A DNA stretch of 64,000 nt from Waterburya sp. (lineage in GTDB: Bacteria; Cyanobacteriota; Cyanobacteriia; Cyanobacteriales; Xenococcaceae), in assembly GCA_965217895.1 (NCBI GenBank), contig CBDCJV010000002.1:2336001-2400000 (forward strand), in the 5' to 3' direction. Of this stretch, positions 25,542-35,897 are shown piece by piece; the stretch's first letter is position 1, and each line of letters opens with the position of its first letter. Made by a program: the position numbers and the translations under genes. The notes beneath the pieces were generated by a model that saw nothing but the letters and a program-made list of their open reading frames with translations, was not told the DNA's origin and did no database searches.

Positions 25542-26936
25542 TCATAGCAAAGAAAAATTAATTGTAAAGGTACTGCCTTGATTTAGCTGAGAGCGGACTG
25601 TAATATTGCCCCCCATTCCTTCAATAAGAGTTTTGACAATTGACAACCCTAATCCAGTTCCACCAGAGCGGTTACGAGACTCGTCAACACGGAAGAAGCG
25701 TTCAAAAACACGTCCCTGTTGCTGTAGGGAAATGCCTACGCCGCGATCGCAAACTTGAATTACTGCTTGGTTATTTTGGCGATTTAATTCTATGGTTATT
25801 GGTGTCTGGGCATCAGAATACTTGACAGCATTGTCAATCAGATTTAGCAATACCTGTTTAAAGCGATGAGCGTCGGCTTTGATCGTAATTTCTGGAGCAG
25901 AGCAATTAACTGTAATCGTTCTTTTGCTATACTGTTGTGCCATACCAGCTACTTCTTGAATCAGATCGTTTAGCACGATTTTTTCCAACTGAAATTGAAT
26001 TCTCCCGCTATCAGCCCGCGCTAAATCTAATAGATCTTGTAATAACTGTACAGTGCGATCGGCTTCTGAGGCAGCGATAGTCAAGGCTTCTTTTTGCATT
26101 TCTGATAGGTTGTCTCCTCGCCTTAGAATACTTTGAATATAGCCAGAAACAATCGTCAAAGGAGTACGTAATTCATGGGAAACATTACTCAGTAATTCTC
26201 GTTGATGTTCCCAAGCTTCAGACAATCTAACCAACATCCGATCAACAGTTTGGGCTAATTCTTTAACTTCAGTCGGGGCTTGCTCCAAATTAAGATGAGC
26301 CTGGTCTAGTTTATCAGCCGAAATTGTCGCCGTAAGCTGACTAACCTTTTTAAGAGGCTGCATTGAACGGTCAATATACAGGGCAATTATAGTGACCATA
26401 GCTGCGATCGCAATTATCGTCGCGATAGTTAAACTACGAACCAAATGGCGAAACATGACCAAATTTTCAGTAATGTTGTGTGCCAAATATAATGTGCCTA
26501 AATTGACATCTTTGACTTTTAATGGCGTAGCACACATTAGCCAATAGCTCCCATTCAGGTCTTGAACGGTGGGGATTAAAGGCACATTTTTAACAGCCAA
26601 AAGAATATCACCAATTTCTGCTTTATTCAAGGCAGAAGACCTAGCTGTTATTTTACCTGTAGCATTTTCGATCCAGATGAGTTGATCCTTGGTAGATAGA
26701 CTATTAATTGCCCTTTGTGCGCCTGTTTCCAGAGGAATCATTTCGCTATAGATCTTTACATCCATAGGAAAGCGAGCGGCAATATAATTCATATTCTCTT
26801 TATGTGTCAAGATAAGAATATGCTGCATCTTGGCACTTGTCCAAGCTGCTAAACTGCCTAATCCTAATGCTGCCACCGCAGCAATGCCAACGGTCAATCT
26901 TACTTTTAGTGAAGCTGTATCAAATAGTTTGCTCAC
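25542..26936 (-). CDS. Membrane sensor histidine kinase (HAMP-HisKA-HATPase)
   Basis: Two TM helices, SHELRTPL, NLIDNAVKY, DRGVGI and GGTGLGL. Confidence 0.93.
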   Translation of the reverse strand: MSKLFDTASLKVRLTVGIAAVAALGLGSLAAWTSAKMQHILILTHKENMNYIAARFPMDVKIYSEMIPLETGAQRAINSLSTKDQLIWIENATGKITARSSALNKAEIGDILLAVKNVPLIPTVQDLNGSYWLMCATPLKVKDVNLGTLYLAHNITENLVMFRHLVRSLTIATIIAIAAMVTIIALYIDRSMQPLKKVSQLTATISADKLDQAHLNLEQAPTEVKELAQTVDRMLVRLSEAWEHQRELLSNVSHELRTPLTIVSGYIQSILRRGDNLSEMQKEALTIAASEADRTVQLLQDLLDLARADSGRIQFQLEKIVLNDLIQEVAGMAQQYSKRTITVNCSAPEITIKADAHRFKQVLLNLIDNAVKYSDAQTPITIELNRQNNQAVIQVCDRGVGISLQQQGRVFERFFRVDESRNRSGGTGLGLSIVKTLIEGMGGNITVRSQLNQGSTFTINFSLL

Positions 26937-27150
26937 TGTCTTCGATATTACCCATATATATATAAGATTGGCAAAATTTATTTACCTCAATTATTGCTAA
27001 CCATTCTTAAAAAACGCTGAAAATTCTCTGATAAATAACCATTAAAGTTCTTTGATAAATTGAGCGTCACGCGCTAATAATTAAATCTTGTCGGTGAGTT
27101 TTGTTTACAATAAAGCTAATTCAACACTTTTTAAGAATATAAATAGCTTT

Positions 27151-28638
27151 ATGATACAAGCTCCTATACAGCAAACCAACAAAGGATTAGCTACTTTGGC
27201 AGTAGATTTAATTCGTCAGGCTGGTTGTGAATATGGCGATATTCGCGTTTGCCACTATCGTAAACAAAGCTTATCGGCGCGCGATCGCTCTTTGAGCAGA
27301 TTATCTGACAATGTTAGTTCGGGCTTTGGGGTGAGAGTTCTATTAGATGGTGCCTGGGGTTTTGTAGCTTCTCATCGCTTGACTCCAGAAGAAATTACTA
27401 GAGTGGTCAACCTGGCTATTGAAACCGCCAAAGGCAGTCGGCTAACTCAGCAAAATCCGATTAAGCTAGTTCCTGTAGAGGCATATCAGGATAAATATAT
27501 TACGCCAATTCAAATCGATCCCTTTGAAGTGCCGATCCAAGAAAAAGCAGAATTGCTGTTAAATATTAACGATAAATTTCTTAGCTATGGAGAACAAGGC
27601 ATCAAAAAAGCCTATTCTTTTCTAAGTTTTGGCAAAGAAGATAAAATATTTGCCTCGACAGTTGGTTCAGTAATTGAACAAACTATTTATCGTAGTTTTC
27701 CTGGCATGGGCTGTACGGCGATCGCCAATGGCGATGCCAAAAGCAGAAATTATGAACGCCCGCCCCTCAATACTGGTTATGAACATATCAATCCCGCAGA
27801 TTTATTGGGCAATATTGAACGAGTTGCTAATGAAGCAATTGAAAAAGTTTATGCCCCAGAATTAACTAGTGAAGGTAAAACAACTCTAATTTTAAAACCA
27901 AGTAATTTATTTCTCACCATTCACGAATCTGTAGGACACCCCACAGAGTTAGATCGCGTCTATGGTTACGAGGCGAATTTTGCTGGCACAAGCTTTGCTA
28001 CAACGGATCGGCTGCACAAGCTACAGTATGCCGCACCTTGGGTAAACTTGGTTGCCGATCGCACTCAGCCCCAAGGACGCAGCACTATGGCTTATGATGA
28101 TGAGGGTGTACCAGCACAGCAGTGGTATATAGTTAAAGACGGAATTCTAAATGATTATTTAACAGACAGGGAAACTGCTTACCGTTTAGGTCGAGGTAGC
28201 AGTAACGGCAGTGCTTATGCCGATAGTTGGTCAAGCACGCCAATGGTACGTATTCCCAATTTAGGATTAGAGCCAGGCAAACCAGACGATAGCCATACTG
28301 CAACCCTAGAAGAAATGATTGCAGATACCAAAGACGGCATTTTAATTGATGGGATTGGTAGCTATTCTATCGATCAGCAAAGACGTAACTTTCAGTTTGG
28401 AGGTGATGCTTTCTGGCAGGTAAAAAACGGCAAAGTAACCAGAATGCTTAAAAACATTACCTATCACAGCATGACCACCGACTTTTGGAATAGTGTTGAT
28501 GCTCTTGGGGGTGAATCGGAGTTAGTTCAGTGTGGCACAAATATGTGTGGCAAAGGAGAACCGATGCAGATAGCTCAGATGACTCATGCTTGTGTACCTG
28601 TTAGGGTAAGAGATATTCATGTTGGTAGGGCTTCTTGA
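27151..28638 (+). CDS. tldD: TldD family metallopeptidase (catalytic subunit)
   Basis: HESVGHPTELDR (HExxxH) and CGKGEPMQ; start taken at MIQAP. Confidence 0.9.
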   Translation: MIQAPIQQTNKGLATLAVDLIRQAGCEYGDIRVCHYRKQSLSARDRSLSRLSDNVSSGFGVRVLLDGAWGFVASHRLTPEEITRVVNLAIETAKGSRLTQQNPIKLVPVEAYQDKYITPIQIDPFEVPIQEKAELLLNINDKFLSYGEQGIKKAYSFLSFGKEDKIFASTVGSVIEQTIYRSFPGMGCTAIANGDAKSRNYERPPLNTGYEHINPADLLGNIERVANEAIEKVYAPELTSEGKTTLILKPSNLFLTIHESVGHPTELDRVYGYEANFAGTSFATTDRLHKLQYAAPWVNLVADRTQPQGRSTMAYDDEGVPAQQWYIVKDGILNDYLTDRETAYRLGRGSSNGSAYADSWSSTPMVRIPNLGLEPGKPDDSHTATLEEMIADTKDGILIDGIGSYSIDQQRRNFQFGGDAFWQVKNGKVTRMLKNITYHSMTTDFWNSVDALGGESELVQCGTNMCGKGEPMQIAQMTHACVPVRVRDIHVGRAS

Positions 28639-28726
28639 AATAGCAGCTTAAAGTAGAGCGATCGCTCTGCAAAATGTATTTCTTTTTAGTTAAATACGCC
28701 TGATGTAGATTAGCTTCATTCTAGTT

Positions 28727-28887
28727 TAACGTGAATTCGGGTTAACAAAATTAGCTTGTTGAAGTAGCTATTAGCTATTAGCTTTTGAGAGATTCTGAGT
28801 TGAGTCTTAAGCTTGAGATTAAATGAAAAATAGCATTTCTCAAATATACTATTTAAAAGGGTTTGGGCTTATCCCGAACTCAGGTTA
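28727..28887. mobile_element. MITE with imperfect terminal inverted repeats
   Basis: taacgtgaattcgggttaa ... ttatcccgaactcaggtta, with tagttta on both sides. A solo end ttattccgaactcaggtta lies at ~34389-34407. Confidence 0.7.
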
Positions 28888-29250
28888 GTTTACTAGTTTT
28901 CAGCTCTTAGCTCTACCTCTGTTAAGGTGTGAGCGTTTGTACTATTTACGCTACCGAAGAAGAAAAGCGATGCAGCGCGTTGGGTAGTTTTCCTCGGTTG
29001 TAGCAACTGCATCAAGAAGCGTTTGAGATTGACTAAAGCTGCTCATTGTTTAAGAGTCTGAGCAAACTTTGAGTTACTCATCTGAAGATAAGACAGCCAA
29101 TTGGTTTTAGGATCTTACTAATTAAGCAATCACGTTGTTAGTTTTTTTGTTAGTACATCTGTTCAGCTTAACCAAGATAGAGCTAACGGCTCTGAAGCTC
29201 CGAACAGAATTATCATGTATATCATTACTTCAATTAGCAACGCCTCAGAA

Positions 29251-30234
29251 TCAAATCCGATCCTCCATCATTTTTTGTACCGCTTCGGCAATTTGCGCGG
29301 GTTGCACAATGGTTAAACTTTCCAATTTGCCATTATAGGGAGTAGGAATATCTTGAGAAGATAAACGCAATACGGGTGCGTCTAATTCATCAAATAGCTG
29401 CTCGTTTATTAGTGCTACTAATTCAGCACCAATACCACCAGTTTTCATACATTCTTCGACAATGATTACCTTATGAGTTTTACGTACAGACTCACTAATA
29501 GTTTCCATGTCAAAAGGCTTAAGAGAAATTAAATCGATAATTTCGGGGTCATAGCCCTGTTTTTCAATCTCTTTAAGAGCTTGAGTACAGTGGTGACGCA
29601 TTCTTGAATAGGTAAGAATAGTTACATCCTTTCCTTTACGCACCATTTCTGCTTTATCTAGCGGTAAGATATACTCATCATCAGGCAGATCGTCTTTTAA
29701 GTTGTAAAGTAAGACGTGTTCAAAAAACAGTACGGGATTATTATCTCTAATAGCTGCCTTGAGCAAACCCTTAGAATTATATGCTGTAGAGCAAGCAACA
29801 ATTTTTAAGCCTGGAACAGCATGGAAATAAGCTTCTAGTCTTTGGGAGTGTTCTGCCCCCAAGCGACTACCTACACCACCAGGGCCACGAATCACTAAGG
29901 GAATTGTAAAGTTACCTCCAGAAGTGTATCTCAGCATCCCTGCATTGTTGGCAATCTGGTTGAATGCCAAGAGCAAAAAGCCCATGTTCATCCCTTCAAC
30001 TATTGGGCGCAAGCCAGTCATGGCAGCACCAATAGCCATTCCACAAAAGCTATTTTCGGCAATGGGAGTATCTAATAAACGAAGATCGCCATACTTCTTA
30101 TACAAATCTTTGGTGACTTTATATGAACCACCATAATGTCCGACATCTTCACCTAAGACGAAGACAGTCTTATCTCTCGCCATTTCTTCGTCTGTCGCCT
30201 CTCTCAAAGCGTTAAACATTAAAGTTTCAGCCAT
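29251..30234 (-). CDS. pdhB: Pyruvate dehydrogenase E1 beta subunit
   Basis: [23 protein letters not shown] and GAEHSQRLE. Confidence 0.97.
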   Translation of the reverse strand: MAETLMFNALREATDEEMARDKTVFVLGEDVGHYGGSYKVTKDLYKKYGDLRLLDTPIAENSFCGMAIGAAMTGLRPIVEGMNMGFLLLAFNQIANNAGMLRYTSGGNFTIPLVIRGPGGVGSRLGAEHSQRLEAYFHAVPGLKIVACSTAYNSKGLLKAAIRDNNPVLFFEHVLLYNLKDDLPDDEYILPLDKAEMVRKGKDVTILTYSRMRHHCTQALKEIEKQGYDPEIIDLISLKPFDMETISESVRKTHKVIIVEECMKTGGIGAELVALINEQLFDELDAPVLRLSSQDIPTPYNGKLESLTIVQPAQIAEAVQKMMEDRI

Positions 30235-30362
30235 AACAATATTTATCCTAAGTCACCAAAAATTAATACTATCATTCCCAGATTGTTACTATATAACTTT
30301 ACATAGTTTAGGCTTTTACGGCAAAAGCTTCTAGCCTTTTACCTACCAATTGTTAGTTAAAT

Positions 30363-31709
30363 ATGACTTTAACCACTCTCAATACATTTGTTACACAAAC
30401 TGAAGCCCTAGCTTTAATTGAATTTGCGATCGCCCAATCTCAAGCCGATGGTATTTTTGTCAGCCTGAGTGCAAGTGAAACCGCCCTGAGTCGCTTCAGT
30501 GAAAATCAAATTAGTCAAAACGTTCGCAAGAATACCTTTAGCATTACCGTAACTAGTTATTTTGGTAAACGTAGTGCCTCTGCTTCGACTACAGAATTAG
30601 ACCGAGATGCGATCGCCTTAACGGTCAAACGAGCAGAAGACTTAGCTAGTATCGCCCCGGTCGATCCTGAATGGGTTGAATTATTACCCCAGCAAATCTA
30701 TAGCGATCGCACTCCCGCATTTGATCGAGCCACGGCTACTCTTTCTCCCTTGAAAAAAGGCGAAATTATTCAGCAGGTATGTTCCCTCAGTAAAAATGCC
30801 GGAGTTAACGGATCGGGGACGCTTAGTTTCCAGGTTTCTTTAAACGCTATTGGTAACTCGGCGGGTTTGCGGGGTTGCGATCGCACTACCGAAGCCGACT
30901 TTAGCTTTACCGCCCGCATTGATAATGGTTCTAGCTGGAATCGCTGTACTGCCTGGAGTATTGAACAGTTACCAATTGTTGAATTAACTGAGAAAGTTAT
31001 CGAAAGAGCGATCGCCTCACGTAATCCTCAAGTTATTGAACCAGGAGACTACACGGTTATCTTTGAACCCTCAGCATTCGCTAGTTTACTTCCCTGGATA
31101 ATCTGGAATTTAGATGCTCGTGCAGCAGATGAAGGGCGTTCTTTTATGTCCCGTCGCGACGATTCTGGTAAGCCTATAGGTAATAAAGTTGGTGAACAGC
31201 TATTCGATCCTATTATTCAAGTTCAGCGCAATGCTGCTCATCCTCTGTTGCAGGGAGGCAGATTTTTTGGCGACGGTTTAAGCAACGAAAATCTGGATAT
31301 CATTAAAGATGGTATCCCCCTAACTCTCTCCTATAGTCGTTATTGGGCAAAAGAACAGGACAAAGAACCAACAGGCTCAATGTATCCTCTAGTGATGACT
31401 GGCTCAGATCAAACTATTGCCGATCTAATTGGCAGTACGGAACGAGGCATTTTTGTAAGTCGCGCTTGGTATGTGCGCTATGTTAACCCCCGCACCCTAG
31501 AAGTTACGGGTATGACTAGAGACGGTACTTTTCTTATTGAAAACGGCAAAATATCTTACCCAATAAAAAATCTGCGCTTTAATCAATGTTTACCAGAAAT
31601 GCTTAAAAACGTAGTGGCATTGAGTCAAGCAAAACGCTGTGGCGGTAGCGTTATTCCTGGCTGCAAAGTAGAGAATTTTCACTTTAGCAGTATTACTGAC
31701 AGTATTTAG
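30363..31709 (+). CDS. TldE/PmbA family protein (non-catalytic partner)
   Basis: SRFSENQI, ARAADEGRSF and TGMTRDG.FLIENG.I..PIKNLRFNQ; no HExxxH. Confidence 0.88.
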   Translation: MTLTTLNTFVTQTEALALIEFAIAQSQADGIFVSLSASETALSRFSENQISQNVRKNTFSITVTSYFGKRSASASTTELDRDAIALTVKRAEDLASIAPVDPEWVELLPQQIYSDRTPAFDRATATLSPLKKGEIIQQVCSLSKNAGVNGSGTLSFQVSLNAIGNSAGLRGCDRTTEADFSFTARIDNGSSWNRCTAWSIEQLPIVELTEKVIERAIASRNPQVIEPGDYTVIFEPSAFASLLPWIIWNLDARAADEGRSFMSRRDDSGKPIGNKVGEQLFDPIIQVQRNAAHPLLQGGRFFGDGLSNENLDIIKDGIPLTLSYSRYWAKEQDKEPTGSMYPLVMTGSDQTIADLIGSTERGIFVSRAWYVRYVNPRTLEVTGMTRDGTFLIENGKISYPIKNLRFNQCLPEMLKNVVALSQAKRCGGSVIPGCKVENFHFSSITDSI

Positions 31710-31730
31710 AGGGATGAGGGATAATGCTAT

Positions 31731-32063
31731 TTACTCAATATTTAAAATGTCTTTAACTTGATTTTTTAATTCGGGTAGATATCGCTCGATAATTTTCCAT
31801 ACAGCTTTCAAATCAATTCTAAAATATTCATGAACCAGAATATTTCTGAAAGCGATGATTTGCGCCCAAGGAACTTTTAGATGTTGAACGATCAAGGTTT
31901 GAGAAAGACGGCTGGAAGCTTCGCCAATAATTTGTAGATGGTGAACAATCCAAACTTGAATCAGTTCATTTTTCAAAAATTCTGCTTGTCCTTAAACTGC
32001 ATACTTTTCAATTTGAGCGATCGCCTCAAGAATATCTCTCAAACGTTCTTGGTCGTATCTCAT
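31731..32063 (-). pseudogene. HepT-like (DUF86) HEPN toxin with a premature stop
   Basis: MRYDQERLRDILEAIAQIEKYAV*GQAEFLKNEL...IIGEA...FRNILVHEY; in-frame TAA at 31992-31994. Confidence 0.88.
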
Positions 32064-32218
32064 AGCGCGATCGCTTCACTCAATACTCTTTCTCTAATTC
32101 TCTCTTTTAAAGCCTCTTCCGTTGCTACATCTACTTTCCGCCCCAGTAATTTTTCCAAATCCAGCATTAAACCCGCAGGAAACCAAGGACTAATATCATC
32201 GATGGAGTAGTCCACTAA
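32060..32218 (-). pseudogene. C-terminal remnant of an MNT nucleotidyltransferase antitoxin
   Basis: LVDYS...LMLDLEKLLGRKVDVATEEALKERIRERVLSEAIAL*, with ATGA overlap to hepT; the FGS..D.D half is absent. Confidence 0.82.
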
Positions 32219-32307
32219 ATAATGATTTTTGATATTTTTATAGGCGATCGCTTTATTTGTTCAATCTTACAAAGAGATTGGTGTCGATTATGGATCATTA
32301 AAAGAAA

Positions 32308-32675
32308 TTAATTGCTCATTAATCCAAAAAACTTAGCAGCACCCCCTAAGACAATCACAATGATGCCAATTAATATTCCGCGATTCGTAAATTCGGAATT
32401 ACTGATTCGTTTATCTAATTGTTCTACCTTTGTATCTAGGGTATTGATCTGACCAGATAATTTTGTATCTAAAGTATTAATCTGACCAGATAGTTTTTCA
32501 TCAATAGATCTAATTTCGCCTTTAACTTCGGCAATACCTACTCTAGTCTCAGTCTTTAGCTCATTAATCTCAGTTTTAACTCAATAGTAGTTTCTGAAAT
32601 TTTTTCTAGCCGTCGATTGATTTGTCCTAATAATTCTGCTAAGTCGGTTTGAATTGTAGGATTATCCATTGTCAT
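32308..32675 (-). pseudogene. Coiled-coil protein with C-terminal TM anchor (DUF4164/XhlA-like), frameshifted
   Basis: MDNPTIQTDLAELLGQIN..., shift near 32580, then KTEINELK...(KLSGQINTLDT)x2...GILIGIIVIVLGG; span of 368 bp is not a multiple of 3. Confidence 0.7.
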
Positions 32676-32772
32676 AGTCGGTCTAGAAAGTTTTAAAAGG
32701 TATTCTTAGCTAGATGCTCTAATTGTAGCCGTTAAGCGATCGCAATATATTGCGATCGCTTTTTAAGCTTAG

Positions 32773-33306
32773 TTAACGAATTTGCGAAGAGGCAGCATCA
32801 GAAAGAAGAGGAAGTTCGGGATATTGTCCTTGAATTGAACGAAAAATACAAAAGAAACAGGCAGCAACAGAACCCATAAAAATAGTGTTAGTTAAAGTTT
32901 CACTAATCAGACTTTGCCCTCCAAAAGCAGGAACTAAAACTCCCATAATTAAGCTAAACAAAATCTGCAAAATATTGAGCATAATAGCCTGCATAGCGTT
33001 AAAGCGCAGAAAATTGCTCACATTTTCATTTCTAACTACGGCAAACCATAGACCAAAGAAAATAAGCAAACTGGCAAAAGGCAGACTGTTAGTAATGCCA
33101 TAAAGAGCCACTAAAGGAGCAAAAAACTGATACAGCCAGGGAAACTGAGATAATAAAAGTATGCCAAATGGCAAAGAATAAACCAGCGGGAATAAATAGA
33201 TTAAAGCTCCAAGGCTACGATCTTTGGTGTCTATTTCAGGAGTGTTCATAAATAATATCGTTGAGTATTGTGCTTGATAAATGACAATTGCAGTTATACT
33301 CTTCAT
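32773..33306 (-). CDS. Tic20/Ycf60 family membrane protein
   Basis: DR.LGAL.Y, VVRNENVS.FLRFNAMQA and G.YPELP.LSDAA; true start probably at MNTPE. Confidence 0.88.
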   Translation of the reverse strand: MKSITAIVIYQAQYSTILFMNTPEIDTKDRSLGALIYLFPLVYSLPFGILLLSQFPWLYQFFAPLVALYGITNSLPFASLLIFFGLWFAVVRNENVSNFLRFNAMQAIMLNILQILFSLIMGVLVPAFGGQSLISETLTNTIFMGSVAACFFCIFRSIQGQYPELPLLSDAASSQIR

Positions 33307-33344
33307 TCTAAATCTACATTCAGTATTTCTCTATATAAGCAAAT

Positions 33345-34334
33345 TTAGCCTTGCCGATGATGAGGCTTTTGTAAATCAGTAATATCTGGTCCAATGGGAA
33401 TAATACCGCCTGGATTTAAAGGAAACAAATTACCATAATAATCTCGTTTGACGCTTTCCAAATCGCAGGTTTTGGCAACTCCTGGCAACTGATAAATATC
33501 TCTTAGATAAGCTCCTAAATAGTCGTAGTCGCGGATACGACGAAGATTGCATTTAAACAGCCCATAATAAACGATATCAAAACGAAACAAAGTAGTAAAT
33601 AAGCGTATGTCTGCTAAAGTTAAGCGATCGCCACAAAGATAGCGATTAGTTTTCAAAACGGCATCTATCTCATCAAGAGTGGCAAATAATTCTTGACTTG
33701 CTTGTTCGTAAGCGGATTGAGTTTGGGCAAAACCGCAACGATAAACCCCATTATTGACAGTATGATAAATTTTCTCATTCCAGCTATCAATAGCAGTTTT
33801 TAGAGATTCTGGATAAAGTTCCAAGTCAGGACGATCGGCATATTGATTAAATTCTGAATTGAGTATGGCAATAATCTCAGCACTTTCATTATTAACAATG
33901 GTATTAGTTTGCTCATCCCATAAAATTGGCACGGTAGAACGTCCCTGATAGCCTGGGCGCGATCGCTGATAAAGTTCGGGTACGGTATTGCAGCCCAATT
34001 CTGGCTTGGACAAAACCCAAATTCCTGCATCAGGTGAAGGATAAACAATCGACACGGCGATCGCCTCTTCTAGCCCTTTTAAAGCCCTAGTAACTAAAGT
34101 ACGATGCGCCCAAGGGCAACCCATGCCAACATACAGACGGTAACGATTAGCTTCAGGCTGATAAATATTATCTGGCTTGGTATTAATAAAATTTCTTAAC
34201 TGGCTTTGGGGGCGAATATAAGCCCCAGTCTTATTGCCAGGAGCAAGTTGAGACATCATAATTTGCCACATTGTTGTCCAAACAAACTTGCCAGATTTAA
34301 CAATCAGTTTACCTGGAAGAGATTTATTTGCCAT
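33345..34334 (-). CDS. Glutathionyl-hydroquinone reductase (YqjG-like GST)
   Basis: CPWAHR, TVPILWD, NNESAEI, VNNGVYRCGFA and NPGGIIP. Confidence 0.92.
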   Translation of the reverse strand: MANKSLPGKLIVKSGKFVWTTMWQIMMSQLAPGNKTGAYIRPQSQLRNFINTKPDNIYQPEANRYRLYVGMGCPWAHRTLVTRALKGLEEAIAVSIVYPSPDAGIWVLSKPELGCNTVPELYQRSRPGYQGRSTVPILWDEQTNTIVNNESAEIIAILNSEFNQYADRPDLELYPESLKTAIDSWNEKIYHTVNNGVYRCGFAQTQSAYEQASQELFATLDEIDAVLKTNRYLCGDRLTLADIRLFTTLFRFDIVYYGLFKCNLRRIRDYDYLGAYLRDIYQLPGVAKTCDLESVKRDYYGNLFPLNPGGIIPIGPDITDLQKPHHRQG

Positions 34335-34416
34335 TAGCTTACTTTCTCTATATTAGATACATTTTCAGCTTACTACTCTCTACTTTTCTTATTCCGAACT
34401 CAGGTTAAATATTTAA

Positions 34417-34586
34417 TTGATATTACGCAGCATGGGGTCATGGAGTAGTGAGTAAGGAGTATAGAAGATAGAGGAGTGATAGAGATAGAGGAGTAATTAC
34501 CTCAAACACCTCACCACCACAAATACCTCATTACCCCAAACACCCCACTACTCAGTCTTCACAGATCGATAAATGCGTAACATCAA
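34417..34586. mobile_element. MITE with 13-bp TIR and 8-bp target duplication
   Basis: ttgatattacgca ... tgcgtaacatcaa, flanked on both sides by atatttaa; purine-rich then C-rich short-repeat interior. Confidence 0.75.
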
Positions 34587-34738
34587 ATATTTAATTGTTT
34601 TCGTAATGACCATTACTACTATAGGCATCAATTACTATTATTCTATGAGCATGGCATTTTTAACTACGTTTGCTTTGGCTTATTTAACCAAAGGTTCACG
34701 CTCTAAATAGCTACTAAAACTTCCTACTTTAAAAAAAT

Positions 34739-35362
34739 ATGCTTTCTCAAATCGTCCGCCCGATGGTTAATACTCAAATACATTTATTGGCTAAAAGTAA
34801 AGCAACAAAAATAACCTTAATCAAAACGATCGCCAAATGGCTTGGTTTTCTGGGAGTAGAGGCTCAAGTTACCCAGCTTAAGACCACGGGAGACAAAATT
34901 CAGGTATCAATTACTGTTGGTCAGCCAGAAAATAGCGATCGCGCCGACTGGCAAAAAATTATCGATAATCTTAGTCAAGACACTTTAGAAATAAAAGAAT
35001 TAGATGCTAATCAATCTACTTCTATTCACTCTAGTTCTATTTCTGCCGAGCAAAAAATAAAATATTATCGTATTTTGGCATACGCTATTCAAATGAGCGA
35101 TCGCGCTCAAGCTATTGATTGGTCGAAAATACATCCTCAGTTACAAGCACTTGGACTCGAAGAATCAATGATGTTAGGAATTAAATCGGCTTTGAAAGTA
35201 CCCCAATCTATCGATCGCCTAGTTAAAGATTTAGATGCAGATGTAGCAGCAATAGCACTTTCTCAAGCAGCCAGTATTGCTTTACTCGATCGCCAAGTAA
35301 ACCCCGAAGAATATCAGGTAATGCAAACATTATTAAACGCGATGACGGATAACTGTCGTTAA
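34739..35362 (+). CDS. Conserved hypothetical protein
   Basis: 207-aa ORF with plausible codon use. Confidence 0.7.
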   Translation: MLSQIVRPMVNTQIHLLAKSKATKITLIKTIAKWLGFLGVEAQVTQLKTTGDKIQVSITVGQPENSDRADWQKIIDNLSQDTLEIKELDANQSTSIHSSSISAEQKIKYYRILAYAIQMSDRAQAIDWSKIHPQLQALGLEESMMLGIKSALKVPQSIDRLVKDLDADVAAIALSQAASIALLDRQVNPEEYQVMQTLLNAMTDNCR

Positions 35363-35364
35363 GT

Positions 35365-35622
35365 TAGGACTTACGCACTCGCCCCCTAAATCCCCCAAGG
35401 CGAGCGACCCCCGCGCATGGTTCAGCAGTTTGCTTATGCCAGGAAACCTGTCCACCGCAACTGCTTCACCGCGTCGCCGTCAGAGGTCAGACCCCGCGTC
35501 GTCCGAAGGCGCAAGGGAATGCTGACCTAGCAAGGGAATGCGCGAGAGGGGGACTTTTAATTCTTGTTCCCCCAGATTTGGGGGGCTAGGGGGGCAAAAC
35601 TCGTTAAACTGCGTAAGTCCTA
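35365..35622. mobile_element. TAGGACTTACGCA-type MITE with nested mini-elements
   Basis: Perfect 13-bp TIR taggacttacgca/tgcgtaagtccta and 5-bp TSD taagt; inner ccccctaaatcccccaa..ttggggggctaggggg stem interrupted by GC-rich inserts. Confidence 0.85.
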
Positions 35623-35897
35623 TAAGTAATGGTTGTTTAATTATTCCTTATTCTCTATCTCTTACTTATTCATGCCTATTTACTAGTTTAAAGTAAAGAA
35701 AAGCAAGATTAGACAAGTCTAAGCAACAAAAGAGAAGAATTGCTCGACGATATTTTGTAGGTTGTGATTATTGAGCAATCTTAATTATAGCGATCGCCTT
35801 ATCAAAGCGAAGTAATAAAAAGCTAAAAACTGAACCACTGCTTTTGGTGAGGGAAGATGCAGTTGACGATTGAGAGTAAGTTTAAACAAAAATAATT

